From: Vulcanimicrobiota bacterium
Lineage (GTDB): Bacteria > Vulcanimicrobiota > Vulcanimicrobiia > Vulcanimicrobiales > Vulcanimicrobiaceae
Direction of reading: 5' to 3'
Assembly (NCBI GenBank): GCA_963795855.1
Contig: CAWCIZ010000001.1
Span: forward strand, 352,001-416,000
DNA length: 64,000 nucleotides
A program made the translations under genes and the position numbers. A model generated the notes under the pieces. It had not been told where the DNA came from, did not search any database, and saw only the letters and a program-made list of their open reading frames with translations. Shown here piece by piece: positions 49,817 to 61,071 of this stretch; within the stretch, counting starts at the first letter, position 1; each line of letters begins with the position of its first letter.

Positions 49817-49880
49817 ATGGAAGGGGACAGGACGTCTCCCTCGACTAGTCATTAGCACACGCGTGTTAATCATGGAGGAA
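49817..49880 (+). promoter_or_regulatory. Putative CsrA-binding sites in the flagellin leader
   Basis: Hairpin GGGGAC-AGGAC-GTCTCC (49823-49839) and ATGGAGG overlapping the SD (49872-49878). Confidence 0.7.
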
Positions 49881-49882
49881 AC

Positions 49883-51134
49883 ATGCAAGGTCTCAGTATC
49901 GCCAACAACCTGTTGGCCAACAGCGTTCAGTACAACCTGAACAACAACCAAGAAGCCCTTCGCAACACCGTTACGCAGTCTGTCCAGCGGTCTGCGCATC
50001 AACAGCGCTGCGGACGATCCGTCCGGTCTTGCGATCGCGACGAACCTGCAGACGCAAGTCGACGCGTTCCAGCAGGCCTCGCAGAACGTTCAGGACGCCA
50101 ACAACGCGGCGCAGGTTGCCGACGGCGCCCTCGCAACGGAAACCGACATTCTGCAGCGTATCCGCAGCCTCGCGGTGGAAGCGTCCAGCTCCATCAACAG
50201 CGCTTCGGACAATGCCAACCTGCAATCGGAAATCTCGCAGCTGCTGCTCGAGGTCAACCGCATTTCGCAGAACACGAACTTCAACGGCCAGGCGCTGCTC
50301 GACGGCAGCCATTCCGGCTTCCAGCCCTACACGAACGCGTCGTACACGGTCAGCTCGAACTCCGTTCTCGCTTCGGCGGGCGCAGCCGCGCTCTCGAAGA
50401 GCGGCGTTGCGGCCGGCGACCTCGTCGCCAGCGTGAGCACGACGGCGAACTTCAACACGACGGCCGCAGGCGGCGGCGTCGACGGCACGATCGAACTGCA
50501 GGTCATCAACACCAGCAGCACGACCGTGGCCGTTCAGGTTTCGTTCTTCTCGAGCAGCAACTCGAGCACGAGCGCGACCGCCAAAGTCGTGGCTGCCAAT
50601 GCGGGCGCGAACACGAAGGTCACCGTTGACGGCTTGACCATCACGGTCGGAAACGTGTCGCTGCAAGATGCCGGCACGACGGCCTACGTCAAAGTCAGCC
50701 AAGCCGTTGCTGCCAGCAGCTCGGCAGCAGGCCCGCTGACGATTCAGTCGGGCGCGAACGAAGGCGACACGGTCGCCGTCGGCATCCAGGCCACGAACGC
50801 GCAGACCCTGCGCATCTCGAACATCAACGTCGCCAACACGGCGTCGGGTGTTCTCGCGGCGGAAGACGCGGTCGGACAAGTCACCAACGCGCTGGACACG
50901 CTGCTCTCGCAGCGCGCACAGCTCGGCGCGGTCATCGTTCGCCTCAACGAAGATGCGAACAACGACAACGTCGCATCGGTGAATCTGCAGGCGTCGGAAT
51001 CCGCGATTCGCGACCTCAACGTCGGCCAGGCGACGACGCAATTCACGAAACTGCAAGTTCTCGTGCAAGTCGGCACCTCGGTCTTGGCGCAGTCGAACGC
51101 GAACGCGCAGTCGGTCCTCGGCCTCTTCCGTTAA
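49883..51134 (+). CDS. fliC: Flagellin (frameshift near 49979)
   Basis: The N-terminus joins LSSGLRINSAADDPSGLAI in a shifted frame; LQRIR.LA, TNFNG, ESAIRD, VLAQSN...VLGLFR. Confidence 0.95.
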
Positions 51135-51172
51135 CAAACGCGGGTCCCCATGGGGACTCGAGGTCGGTAAAG

Positions 51173-51207
51173 CAAAAGCCACGATTACGGTCGTGGCTTT
51201 TGTTTTT
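51173..51207 (+). terminator. Rho-independent terminator after fliC
   Basis: CAAAAGCCACGA-loop-TCGTGGCTTTTG followed by TTTTT. Confidence 0.85.
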
Positions 51208-51220
51208 GGGCGCCGGCTCT

Positions 51221-51247
51221 TAATCAGAGGCTCCTTGGAGCCGAATA
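51221..51247 (+). promoter_or_regulatory. Possible sigma28 promoter of the glycosyltransferase operon
   Basis: TAAT-N15-GCCGAATA, 8 nt before the ATG at 51256. Confidence 0.5.
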
Positions 51248-51255
51248 CTAGACGG

Positions 51256-53251
51256 ATGCCCATACGCGTCGTCTCACGTCGTGCTCCGCGGGTTGCCCCG
51301 CCCTTCGGCCTGCCCGTTCCCCCGCCCGGCTGGGAGCAGCGTCCGGCCGGCATCAGCCTGTGCATGATCGTCAAAAACGAAGAGCGCTTCCTCGAGCAAT
51401 GCTTGTCGAGCGTCGCAGGCGCCGTGGACGAGATCAACATCGTCGACACGGGCTCGACCGACCGTACGATAGAAATCGCGCAGCGCTTCGGGGCGCGCGT
51501 GCAGCGCCGAGAGTGGCGCGACGATTTCGGCTGGGCTCGGAACGAAGCGCTGAAGATGGCGACGAAGCGCTGGGTGTTCCAACTGGACGCCGACGAGCAA
51601 CTGACGCCCGAATCGAAAGCGGCGCTTCGCGACGTCGCGGCCGCGCCCGCGCATCTGACCGGCGTGTGGATTCGGTGCTCGAACGCCTCGGACAAGTACC
51701 GCGGCGGAGGGAGCGTCTCACATGCGATCGTCCGAATCTTTCCGAATCACGAGCGCGTTCGCTTTTACGGCGCGATTCACGAGTTCCCGAGCGTCGACGG
51801 CTCTTCGATCAGCATCGACGCCGTGCATTCGCCGATCAAGATCCTGCATCACGGGTATTTGAACGACGTCGTCGATCATCGCGACAAATACGCGCGCAAC
51901 ATGCAAATCGTCGAAGCGTCGGTGGCAGCGGAGCCGGAAGATGCATTCGGCTGGTACAACTACGGCATGACGGCACATCTGGGCGGCGATCAGGATCGCG
52001 GCGTCGCCGGGTTTACGCGCATGTGGGAGCTTTGCCGCAAACACGGCATGCGCGCGTTTACCCCGAACGGCCTGCAAACGCTCGCCGACATCTACACCGA
52101 GATGAAAAACGAGCCGGAAAAAGGGCTCGAGTACGCGATGGAAGCGCTCCGTCTCGCGCCGCGCTACGCGAACGCGCATTTCTCCGCCGGCAAGGCGTAC
52201 TTCGCGATGAAGCGCTTCGAGGATGCGCGAGCGATGTATCGTCAGGCGGTGGAAGACGGACCGTTTACGAGCGCGCAGTTCGTCGTCGACGACGAGGTGC
52301 CGCTGTGGAAGGCGCAGTGCGAGATCGGCAGCACCTTCGTCGAAGAAGGCGACGACGCGCAAGCGCTGGAGTGGTTCGAATGCGGACTCCGCAATCGCCC
52401 GAAAGTGCAGCCGCTCCGCATCAACTACGGCAGCGCGCTCGAACGTTTAGGGCGTTTGAGCGAAGCGGAGGCCGTGTTCCGATCGATCTACGAAGATTTC
52501 GGCGACGAGCAGTCCTGTCTGCAGTACGTGAACTATTTGCTCCGTCACGCCAAAGAACGCGAAGCCATCGCTGCGATCGACCGCTCTTGCGGGAATTTAT
52601 CGCCGGAAGCGGCGGAGTCCGCACTGCTTGCGTGCGCCTCGCTCTTGCAAAAGAACGCGTGGGGCGACGGCGAGTCGTATCTTCTACGCGCGCAATCGAT
52701 CGCGCCCAACTCCGCGCAGGTCGCTGCGGCGCTCGACGCGGTGCGCAAAAACCGCGGCGAGGTCGGCGCCAAAGCCGCAGTCTGCGAATGCGGCAATCGC
52801 TGCCGGCCGCTTCGAAGAAGCGCTCGCGCTCGCGTGTGAGGGACTTGCGCTTGCGCCCGGACACGGCTTGCTGTCGTATTACGCTGCGCTTGCGTGCGCG
52901 AATCTGCAACGGAAGGAAAGCGCGCTCGGCTTTCTCGATGGGGCCGCCGATTCGCTCGGCGGCGAAGGTCCGGCATTCTTAAAAGCGGCGCTGCTGCGCG
53001 AAATGAACCGGCCGCAAGAAGCGCTCGATGCGATTCAGGCCGTTCGCGCGCAAAACCCGGCGAACGTCGACGCGGTGATCGTGCAAGCCGGTCTGCTGGA
53101 AGCGCTTGGCCGCGTCGATCGGGCGGAAGAGGCGCTGCGCTCGCTGTTGCCCGCCGAAAGGCGACGCATTGGCGTCGAACTGGCCGGCTTGTTTTTGCGC
53201 AACGGGCGCGTTGAAGACGCCAAGCGCATCGCGGAAGAAGCGTTGGCGTAA
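51256..53251 (+). CDS. GT2 glycosyltransferase with TPR repeats, likely flagellin glycosylation (frameshift near 52780)
   Basis: SLCMIVKNEE, VDTGSTD, DDFGWARN, LDADE, IHE, HHGY followed by TPRs. Confidence 0.9.
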
Positions 53252-53260
53252 GGCGGCTGT

Positions 53261-55823
53261 ATGGATTACTCGATCGTCATTCCGGTATTCAACAAAGCCG
53301 CTTTGACGCGGCGCTGCTTGGAGACGCTGCAGTCCTCGCTCGCCGGTGCGGGCGAAGGTGAAGTCATCGTCATCGACAACGCGAGTTCCGACGAAACGCC
53401 GCAGATGCTGACGGCGTTTCCGTGGATTCGCATGGTGCGCAATGAAACGAACCTGGGATTCGCGGGCGCGAACAATCAAGGCGCGGGGTTGGCGAGCGGC
53501 GAGTTTTTGGTGCTGCTCAACAACGACACGGAGCCGAAACCCGGCTGGCTCGCGAGCATGCTGCAAACCGCGCGCGCGCGCGGCGCCGGCGCAGTAGGAG
53601 CGCGGCTGCTCTTCCCGTCGGGCAAGATCCAGCACGCCGGCGTCGGCATCGGGCCGCTGCGTTTAGGACGCGCGAGCTTCCTGCCGTATCACGATTTGTA
53701 CGGGGCGCCCGGCGACGACGCGCACGCGCGGGAAGTGACGGAGTATCAGGTCGTCACGGGCGCGTGTTTGCTTACTCCGCGCGAGTTGTACGTGCGCCTG
53801 GGCGGTCTGGACGAAGGCTACTGGAACGGATACGAAGACGTGGATTACTGCTTCAAGGTGCGCGAAGCGGGATTCCCCGTCGTGTACGACGGGCGCGCCG
53901 CGCTCACGCACTTCGAATCCCAGTCCGGACCGCAGCGGTTCCGCAAAGCGGCATGGAACACCGATCGGCTTGCCCGCCGGTGGAACGGACGGATCGCGTA
54001 CGACGACCAGACGCATCTGCTGCGCCGCGGCGCAATTCGCCGGTTCGTTCGTCTACCGCGAGGCACCGAGACGAACGGTTCGCTGGCGATTCCCGACGTT
54101 ACCATTTTCTGTCACGGCGATCTCGGCAAACAAACGGACGCGCGCTTCGTCCAGTCGCTGCACGCCAATACCGTGCCGGTCGGGCGCGTGCTGTGGTGCG
54201 CGCAAGAGCATGCCGTCAACGCGGCGCGCGAAGAAATGGAACGTCGCGCCGATCGCTACGTCGCATTTGTGGACGCGCGATGCGAACTGCGCGAGGGATG
54301 GCTCGATGAACTCGTATGTCAAGTGGAGTGGGGCCCATCGGTTGCGGCAGACTGCGTACGCGCCCGAAATTGGCGCTCGAACCGACGGCGTGGTGTATGA
54401 TGCCGGTGCCAGGTGCACGCTGCTCTCACTGCGCAAATTTCCCGCGCACGAGCGATTGACCGGCCAGGCTTCGCTGCACGAATCCGTTTCGGACTTCCTC
54501 AATCGCGCCGTCACGCTTCGCGCGTTTACGCGCATCGCGAGCCGCGATCTTGCCGTGCTTCCGGCCGTACCGGCCGGTGCAGTGCCGACCGCGCGCGAAG
54601 ACCTGTTCGAGGCTGCGCTCGCGAAGGGGCCGAAACGCCGGCCCGGCCTCGTGTCGATCGTGATGCTCAGTTGGAACGCGGTGCGTTTCACAAAGATGGC
54701 GCTGGAATCGATTCGAGCGCACACCAAAGGCGAGTACGAGATCGTCATCGTCGACAACGGCTCCGGCGAAGAAACGGTCGAGTGGCTTCGCACCCAAACC
54801 GACGTGCGCGTCATCTACAATTCGTCGAACCGCGGTTATGCGGGCGGCAACAATCAAGCGATGGCTGCAGCGCGCGGGGAGTACGTCGTTCTGCTCAATA
54901 ACGACGTGATCGTCACGGAAGGGTGGCTCGACGGTTTGCTCGCCGCGTTCGATCGCGTTCCCGCGCTGGGCGTATCGGCGGTTCGCAGCAATAAAATCGC
55001 CGGCGATCAAGTCGTTACCGATGGAACGTATCAGAATATCGAGGAAATGCACGCCTATGCCGCGCAGCGGCGCGAGCGCTTCCGCGAGAGCGGGTATATG
55101 ACCGATCGCGCGATCGGATTATGCCTCTGCATCGATCGCCGCGTCATCGAAGAGGTGGGCGGCATCGACGAGCGCTTCGGCGTCGGCAATTTCGAAGACG
55201 ATGATTACTGCCTTCGGGTCCGTGCTGCCGGCTATCGCATTCACGTGTGCGACGACGTGTTCATCCATCACTTCGGCTCGCAGACGTTCGCGGCCAACAA
55301 CGTCGACTGGAATGCGACGATGCGTGAGAACTGGAGCAAGTTTGCGGCGAAGTGGGGATTGCCGCGCGAATTTACGGGTCAAGGCTACGATCCGGCTCCG
55401 CTCATACGGCGCGGCTTCGATCGCGCGCAGCACTACGTCGCGCTTCCGCAGATCGCTGCCCAAGCCGATGAGGCACGCACGTATGAACTCGTGTTCTTCG
55501 CCGAGGTAAACGGCGAGCGCGATTGGAGCGAGATTGCGGCGTTTGCGCGCCGCTACGTGCGGGCCTTTAGCGCGGAGCAGCCGGTGCTGCTGGCTCTGGC
55601 GGCGACCGGCGAAATCGACGCGCGCACGATCGGCGGTCGCATCGAACGGCTGGCGCAGCGCGAAGGCATCTCGGCCGATCGCGTGGCCGACGTAGAGATT
55701 TCCGACGAAACCTCGACCGAAGCATGGATGGACGCGCTTCCGAACGGAGCTCGCACGATAGCGTCGATTGAAGACCGCAGTCCAAGCGCGCTGCGCCGCC
55801 TGCTCGAGGTACAGCCCGTATGA
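53261..55823 (+). CDS. Tandem GT2-domain glycosyltransferase (frameshift near 54350)
   Basis: Two GT2 domains (DNAS, GFAGANN, LNND, EDVDYC; DNGS, LNND, FEDDDYC). Confidence 0.88.
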
Positions 55824-57815
55824 AGACGCATCGTCAGCACGAGGCTTTTACGAGTTGGCTCGACGTCGCACTGCTGCGCGACATGCTTTCCGCACAGACG
55901 CTGGCCGTTGCGCGCCTGGAACCGATCACGAATATCGCGCGCGGCGGCGCGTTTTTGGACCTGACCTTCGTATCGAACGGCGCGGTCGCCGTCGTACCGC
56001 TGCTCCAGGTTGCGGGCGAAATGATCGAAGATCGGGAAGAGCTCGCCGTTCCTGTGGCCGCACGCCGTCTCCCGCGCCATCTCGCACGAGCGCGCCACGG
56101 AGATCGAACGCGCGCTGCTGCCGTGGGTGGAAGCGAATGCGGGCGCGAGGCCGCTGAGCGAGGAGAAGATCCGATTCTTCGAAGAGCGTGACGTTCGCGA
56201 TTTGTTTGAGCAGGCGCGGGAGGCGCGATTCATCGGTGCGGCTTCGTATGACGCGGTTCTCGCGGATGCGGCGCCGTACGTCTACGCAGCGCGCTTCGCG
56301 CGCGACAAACGCGTTGCGATTCGCGATCCGCACGGTGCGCTCGGCGCCGCAATGTTGGCGCGGCACGCCGTTTCGATTCAGGCGGATTTGGGCGCGGACA
56401 ACAATGCAGCGGCTCACCGCTGGTTCGGCAAAGACTTGTTCCGCCGCCTCGACGGCGAACACGATGTGGATATCGCAGCAAAAGGAACGCCGATCGGTAG
56501 CGCGCCGGTTCGGCTAGTTCTCGACGCAGAGCAGGGCGAAAGGGTAGTGCGAGTCGCGACGCCGGTTCCCTCCGAGATCATGGTGTCGTTCGATCCCGAC
56601 GACGCTCCGCCGGTTCGTTCGTTCGCGGTCGAATGCGACGTTCGCCGTCCGGGGCGGGGAACGCGCGGCGGAAGAAGTTTCTCGCAAGGCGGAAGTTCGG
56701 GGCGCGTTCTCATTTTGGTGCGCGACGACGCGCGGCGGTCGCCCGACTCCGACGTGGAAGACGCAGACGAGTTGGCGCGCCTGCTGAGCGGCGAAGGTTT
56801 TGCCGCAGACGTGCGCGCTGCATCCACTGCAGTCGATCCGGCTTCATACGATCTCGTGCATGCATTCGTCGGTATGCGTCCGGGAGAATTCTGGCCGGCG
56901 CTTTCGGCGGCGCGCCGTGACGATGTGCCGATCGTCGTCACCGCGTGCATCGAAGACGTTGCGGTGCAAGGCGTGTGGGGAAGCGGCATCGTTCCGGTCG
57001 CGCTGTCCATGAGCGCATACGAAGCGCAGCTCGCTGCGAACCTCGATATGCTCGAAGCGCGCCGTTTGGAAGCGGACGGTCTGCATCCGCAGTACCAAGA
57101 GCCGTTCGCGCAATTCGGCGCGGCTTTGCGTGAGGTATACGCGCTCGCCAGCGCGGTTATCGTCAGCGGGCCCGAAGAAGAAGCCTTGCTGCGCCGCTAC
57201 GCGTATACCGGACCGGTATCGTACGTTCAGGCGTACGCCAACACGATGATCGAGCCCGCGCCGGTGGAGCATTTATGCGGAACCTCCGATTACGCGTTGC
57301 TGCACGGGCCCGTTGAAGGGCGCTCGAATCAGTTCATGGCCGTGCGGGCGGCTGTGGCAAACGACGTGCCGCTGGTGCTCGCAGGACCGATCAACGACGC
57401 CTCCTATTATCATGCGCTCATGGCCTGGGGAAACGAACGGGTCCTGTTCGTCCCGAACCCGAGCCAGGCCGAACTGGCCGGCCTCTATCGCGGCGCGCGC
57501 GTTTTCCTGGACGTCGCCTGGATACGGTACGGCCTGCGCCGCATCGCGCAGGCGGCGCTTTCGGGCTGCGCGCTCGTCGCGGCGTCGCGCGGATATGCGC
57601 CGGCACTTTGGCGGCCCGGCCTGATGGAGGCAGACCCGGGCAGCGAGCGCGGCATCACGCGGGCGCTGGGCGACGCGTGGTTCCATGCGCTCGAACGCCG
57701 CGCGGACATCGACGCGTGCGCGGAACGCGTCGCCGCCGCGTGCGACCCGCGGGCAGCGCTGGTCGCGACCGTTCAGGCCTACGCAGACGTATCGGCGCCC
57801 CGGGTGGGCGCCTAA
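55820..57815 (+). CDS. Degenerate methyltransferase-like plus GT4-like fusion protein (frameshift near 56050)
   Basis: YVYAARFARDKRV...GAAMLARHA (MTase-like); GPVEGRSNQ, PLVLAG, LAGLYRGARV, AALSGC (GT-B-like). Confidence 0.6.
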
Positions 57816-57840
57816 ACTGCCGCGCTCGGAAAGCCGAAAT
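57813..57840 (+). promoter_or_regulatory. sigma28-type promoter of flaG-fliD-fliS
   Basis: TAAA-N16-GCCGAAAT. Confidence 0.65.
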
Positions 57841-57862
57841 ACCAATGAGCAGGAGGCCGAAC

Positions 57863-58216
57863 ATGGACGTTCGAGTTGTGGGAGCCGCTGACGCCGCTCC
57901 GCAGCAAACGCCGACGGTAGGACCGCTACCGGACGGCCAAACTAACGCGGCACCGCCGGTGCCTCAAGCTTTACCGCACGCGGACCCGGGCGTTCTTTCG
58001 CCTGTGGTCGCAAAGCTGTTCGGCCAGGACGGAATTCCGAAGCCGGTTGCGGTCAACGTCAGCTATCGCGTCGAGCACGATCCCAACATGATCGTAACGG
58101 TGTTCACCGATCCGCAGACGGGCCGCGAAATCGCGCAAATGCCGGCTGAAATTCTCGTACAAATCGCGCAATTTTTCGACAAGCAAAGCGGCGTCACGCT
58201 CGATCGGAGCGCTTAA
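57863..58216 (+). CDS. flaG: FlaG family protein
   Basis: AGGAGG SD; V.FTDPQTGREIAQMPAE.L...G..LD; upstream of fliD. Confidence 0.8.
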   Translation: MDVRVVGAADAAPQQTPTVGPLPDGQTNAAPPVPQALPHADPGVLSPVVAKLFGQDGIPKPVAVNVSYRVEHDPNMIVTVFTDPQTGREIAQMPAEILVQIAQFFDKQSGVTLDRSA

Positions 58217-58221
58217 CACCC

Positions 58222-60240
58222 ATGTCAAGCATCTCCAGCTCGAGCGGCGCCCTCGGCACCAACGTCCCACCAGTTTCCTTTCCAGGCATCGCATCCGGCA
58301 TCGACTATAATTCGATCATCACCAGCTCACCTCGATGACGCTCGCGCCTGCGGTTCAGCTCAGCCAGCAAGTCGCGACGCTGAACGCTTCAAACGCCGAA
58401 CTGATCAAGATCAACGGCATGCTCGCCTCCGTGCAAGCATCCTTGAACGCGCTCTCGCAGACGAACTTGTACAATGCCGTTTCCGCAACGTCGAGCGACA
58501 CGACCGCAGCGACCGCCCAAGGCATAAGCGGCGGCAACGCGACGCCCGGCACCTACACGATCGATGGAACGCAGCTCGCGACGGCCACCCAAGTCGCGGG
58601 CGCTGCAGCCATCGGACATACCGAGCTCGACGTCGTTCCCGGAACCACGGCGAACGGGTTGAACGTTCCGCTCGTCGATTCGTGGGCCGCAATCACACCG
58701 ACGAACGGCGGCGGCGCGCAAGGTTCGATCACGATCAACGGCGTGACGGTCGACTACGACGTCACGACGCAATCGGTCAACACCATCCTGGCGAACATCA
58801 ACACCGCTCTTCACGCGGCCGGTGACGCAACGTTCAACATCGGATTGGTTGCCGGCACCGATACGGTTCAAATGGCGGACAGCGCACGCCAGATCTCTCT
58901 GGGCGCTCAAAGCGATCAAGGCAACCTCCTGCAAGTGCTTCGCCTCGATCAGGCGCAGGTCGTCAACGGCGCGGGAAGCGGTTCGGTCACGGGCACCGCC
59001 GGCATCGGCGGCGTGAACCAGGCGCTCGAGTTCAATTCCGTCAACGGCTACAATGCAGCGTCGGATGCGAACTATCTCACGCCCGTCACGTCGGGAACAT
59101 TCACCATCAACGGCGTGAAGATCAGCATCGACGCGACGATGGACAACATGGCGTCGATTCTCAAACGCATCAACGCTTCCGGCGCGGGCGTCGTTGCGGC
59201 GTACAACACCGCCACCGGACAGATTACGCTGACGGCGACGAAAACCGGCCCGCAAAGCATCGTCGTCGGTTCAGGCTCGGACACCAGCAACTTTTTGACC
59301 GCGACCGGGCTGACGACAGCAGCGGGCGCAACCTCGACCGTCGGAAAACAGGCCTCCGTAACGCTGCAAAACCCGGACGGCTCGACGCAAACGATCTACA
59401 GCGACAGCAACACCGTTACGACGGCGATACCCGGCGTTCAACTCAATCTGCTCAGTGCGACGCCCAACCCGTTCCAGATTACGGTCGGCCAAGACAGACT
59501 CGCAACTCGTCAAAGCCGTGAATACGTTCGTGTCCGCGTACAACGCGGCAATCAATGAAATCAACACTGCGACTGCGCCGCCGGTCGTTCCCACATCGCC
59601 CATCGGGTCGTCCGTCGGAGCGACTCCACAGACGCCCGTCGGAGGCGGCCTGCTCTTCGGCAACGCCGACGTCGAGATGATAAAGGAGCAGTTGGTCAAC
59701 GAAGTCACGGCCATCATGCCGAACAATTCGGGCTACACGTCCCTCTCGCAGGTCGGCATCAACCTCACCGATTCGTTTACCATGCTGCAGCAATCGTCGG
59801 GAAGCGGCGCCACCGGAGCGCAGAACGCGCAGGTCACGGCGAAGCAGATGCAGGGTACGGACGGTCAGCTGCAAGCCGTCGATGCCTCCAAACTCGCCGC
59901 AGCGCTCGCGGCAAACGGATCTGCGGTGCAGAGCCTGTTCAACGGCGCGCAAGGCCTGGTGACGCAGATGGGGACGTATTTGACGGGCGTTACCGGCCTG
60001 CCGACGCAAACGGCGAGCGGCCTGCTCGGCAACATCCCGACGATTTCGCTGATGCAAGGTTTCGAAAACGGCAACACCGACGAGATCACCTCGATACAGC
60101 AGCAGATTTCACAGATCCAGAACAACGCCAATCAGCAGGCCGACTCGCTGCGCGCCGAGTTCGTCAATACCGAAGCCACGATAGCGCAGTTTCAAGCGCT
60201 TCAGCAACAGCTGGGTTCGTTCTTCAAGGGAGGCTCGTAG
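58222..60240 (+). CDS. fliD: Flagellar filament cap FliD (frameshifts near 58325 and 59490)
   Basis: PGIASGIDYNSII, SNTVTTAIPGV.L.L, FVSAYN, LSQVGI, C-terminal LRAEF..TE. Confidence 0.9.
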
Positions 60241-60246
60241 CGCCGC

Positions 60247-60687
60247 ATGAAACGGTCCGCCGAGCAAAAATATTTGGAAACGTCCATCGCGACGGCATCG
60301 AAAGAAGATCTGATCGTCAAGATCTTCGACATTCTCGTGCTGGCGTCGACCCAGGCGCTCGAAAAGTTGCAGCACCAGCGCGACGACATCGAAGGAATAC
60401 ACAAAACGCTGCTCCGCGCACAGCGCGCGCTCGCGCTGCTGATGGGCTCGCTGGACATGGAGATCGGCGGAGAGATCGCGCGCAATCTTTTCCGCGTCTA
60501 TGAATTCTGGCATCACGAACTCGTGATGGCCAATATGCAGAAGGATCCGGCGCGGGTCGAGCGCTTGCTGCCGAACTTCATAGATTACCGGCAGATGTGG
60601 GCGCAGGCCATCTCCGAATTCAAGGCGATGCAGCGCGAACGGAGCGCGCAAGCCGCGGCCGGAGCCGGATTTGCCGCCGTCGGCTAA
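60247..60687 (+). CDS. fliS: Flagellin export chaperone FliS
   Basis: Y....TASKEDLIVKIFD...LDMEIGGEIARNL..VY...AN. Confidence 0.92.
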   Translation: MKRSAEQKYLETSIATASKEDLIVKIFDILVLASTQALEKLQHQRDDIEGIHKTLLRAQRALALLMGSLDMEIGGEIARNLFRVYEFWHHELVMANMQKDPARVERLLPNFIDYRQMWAQAISEFKAMQRERSAQAAAGAGFAAVG

Positions 60688-61066
60688 GCCGGTGCAGCTG
60701 CCCGCGTCGGTCGAAGCTCCGCTCCGCGAGCTGGAAGATCTGTGCGGCCGTATCGAGCGGGCGCTGATGCACCGCGATTGGAGCGACCTGAACGGCGCCA
60801 TCGCGGATTCCCGCAGGATTACGCACGCGCTGCAAAATGCGATGGACGACTCGGGCGCGATTGGCGACGGCGACCTCGCCGAGCAGATTGGACGCCGGGT
60901 TCATTACGTCCAAGCGATACGAGATAATCAACTGACGCGTCTGCAGTATTACCACAATGCGGTCGGCGACCGGCTCAAACTGCTGGCACGCTGGAAGACT
61001 GCGCTCAAATCGCTCGCATCGCGCACGCGTGCGCGCGGCCTAGCGGCTCTCGATCAACTGACCTAA
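60671..61066 (+). CDS. Hypothetical helical protein (FliT-like position)
   Basis: Helical ORF directly after fliS. Confidence 0.5.
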   Translation: MPPSAKPVQLPASVEAPLRELEDLCGRIERALMHRDWSDLNGAIADSRRITHALQNAMDDSGAIGDGDLAEQIGRRVHYVQAIRDNQLTRLQYYHNAVGDRLKLLARWKTALKSLASRTRARGLAALDQLT

Positions 61067-61071
61067 GGTCG

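Noticed and set aside
45527..60240. Flagellar system as decaying pseudogenes
   Set aside because: The same isolated indels occur in housekeeping genes, and promoters and motifs are intact.
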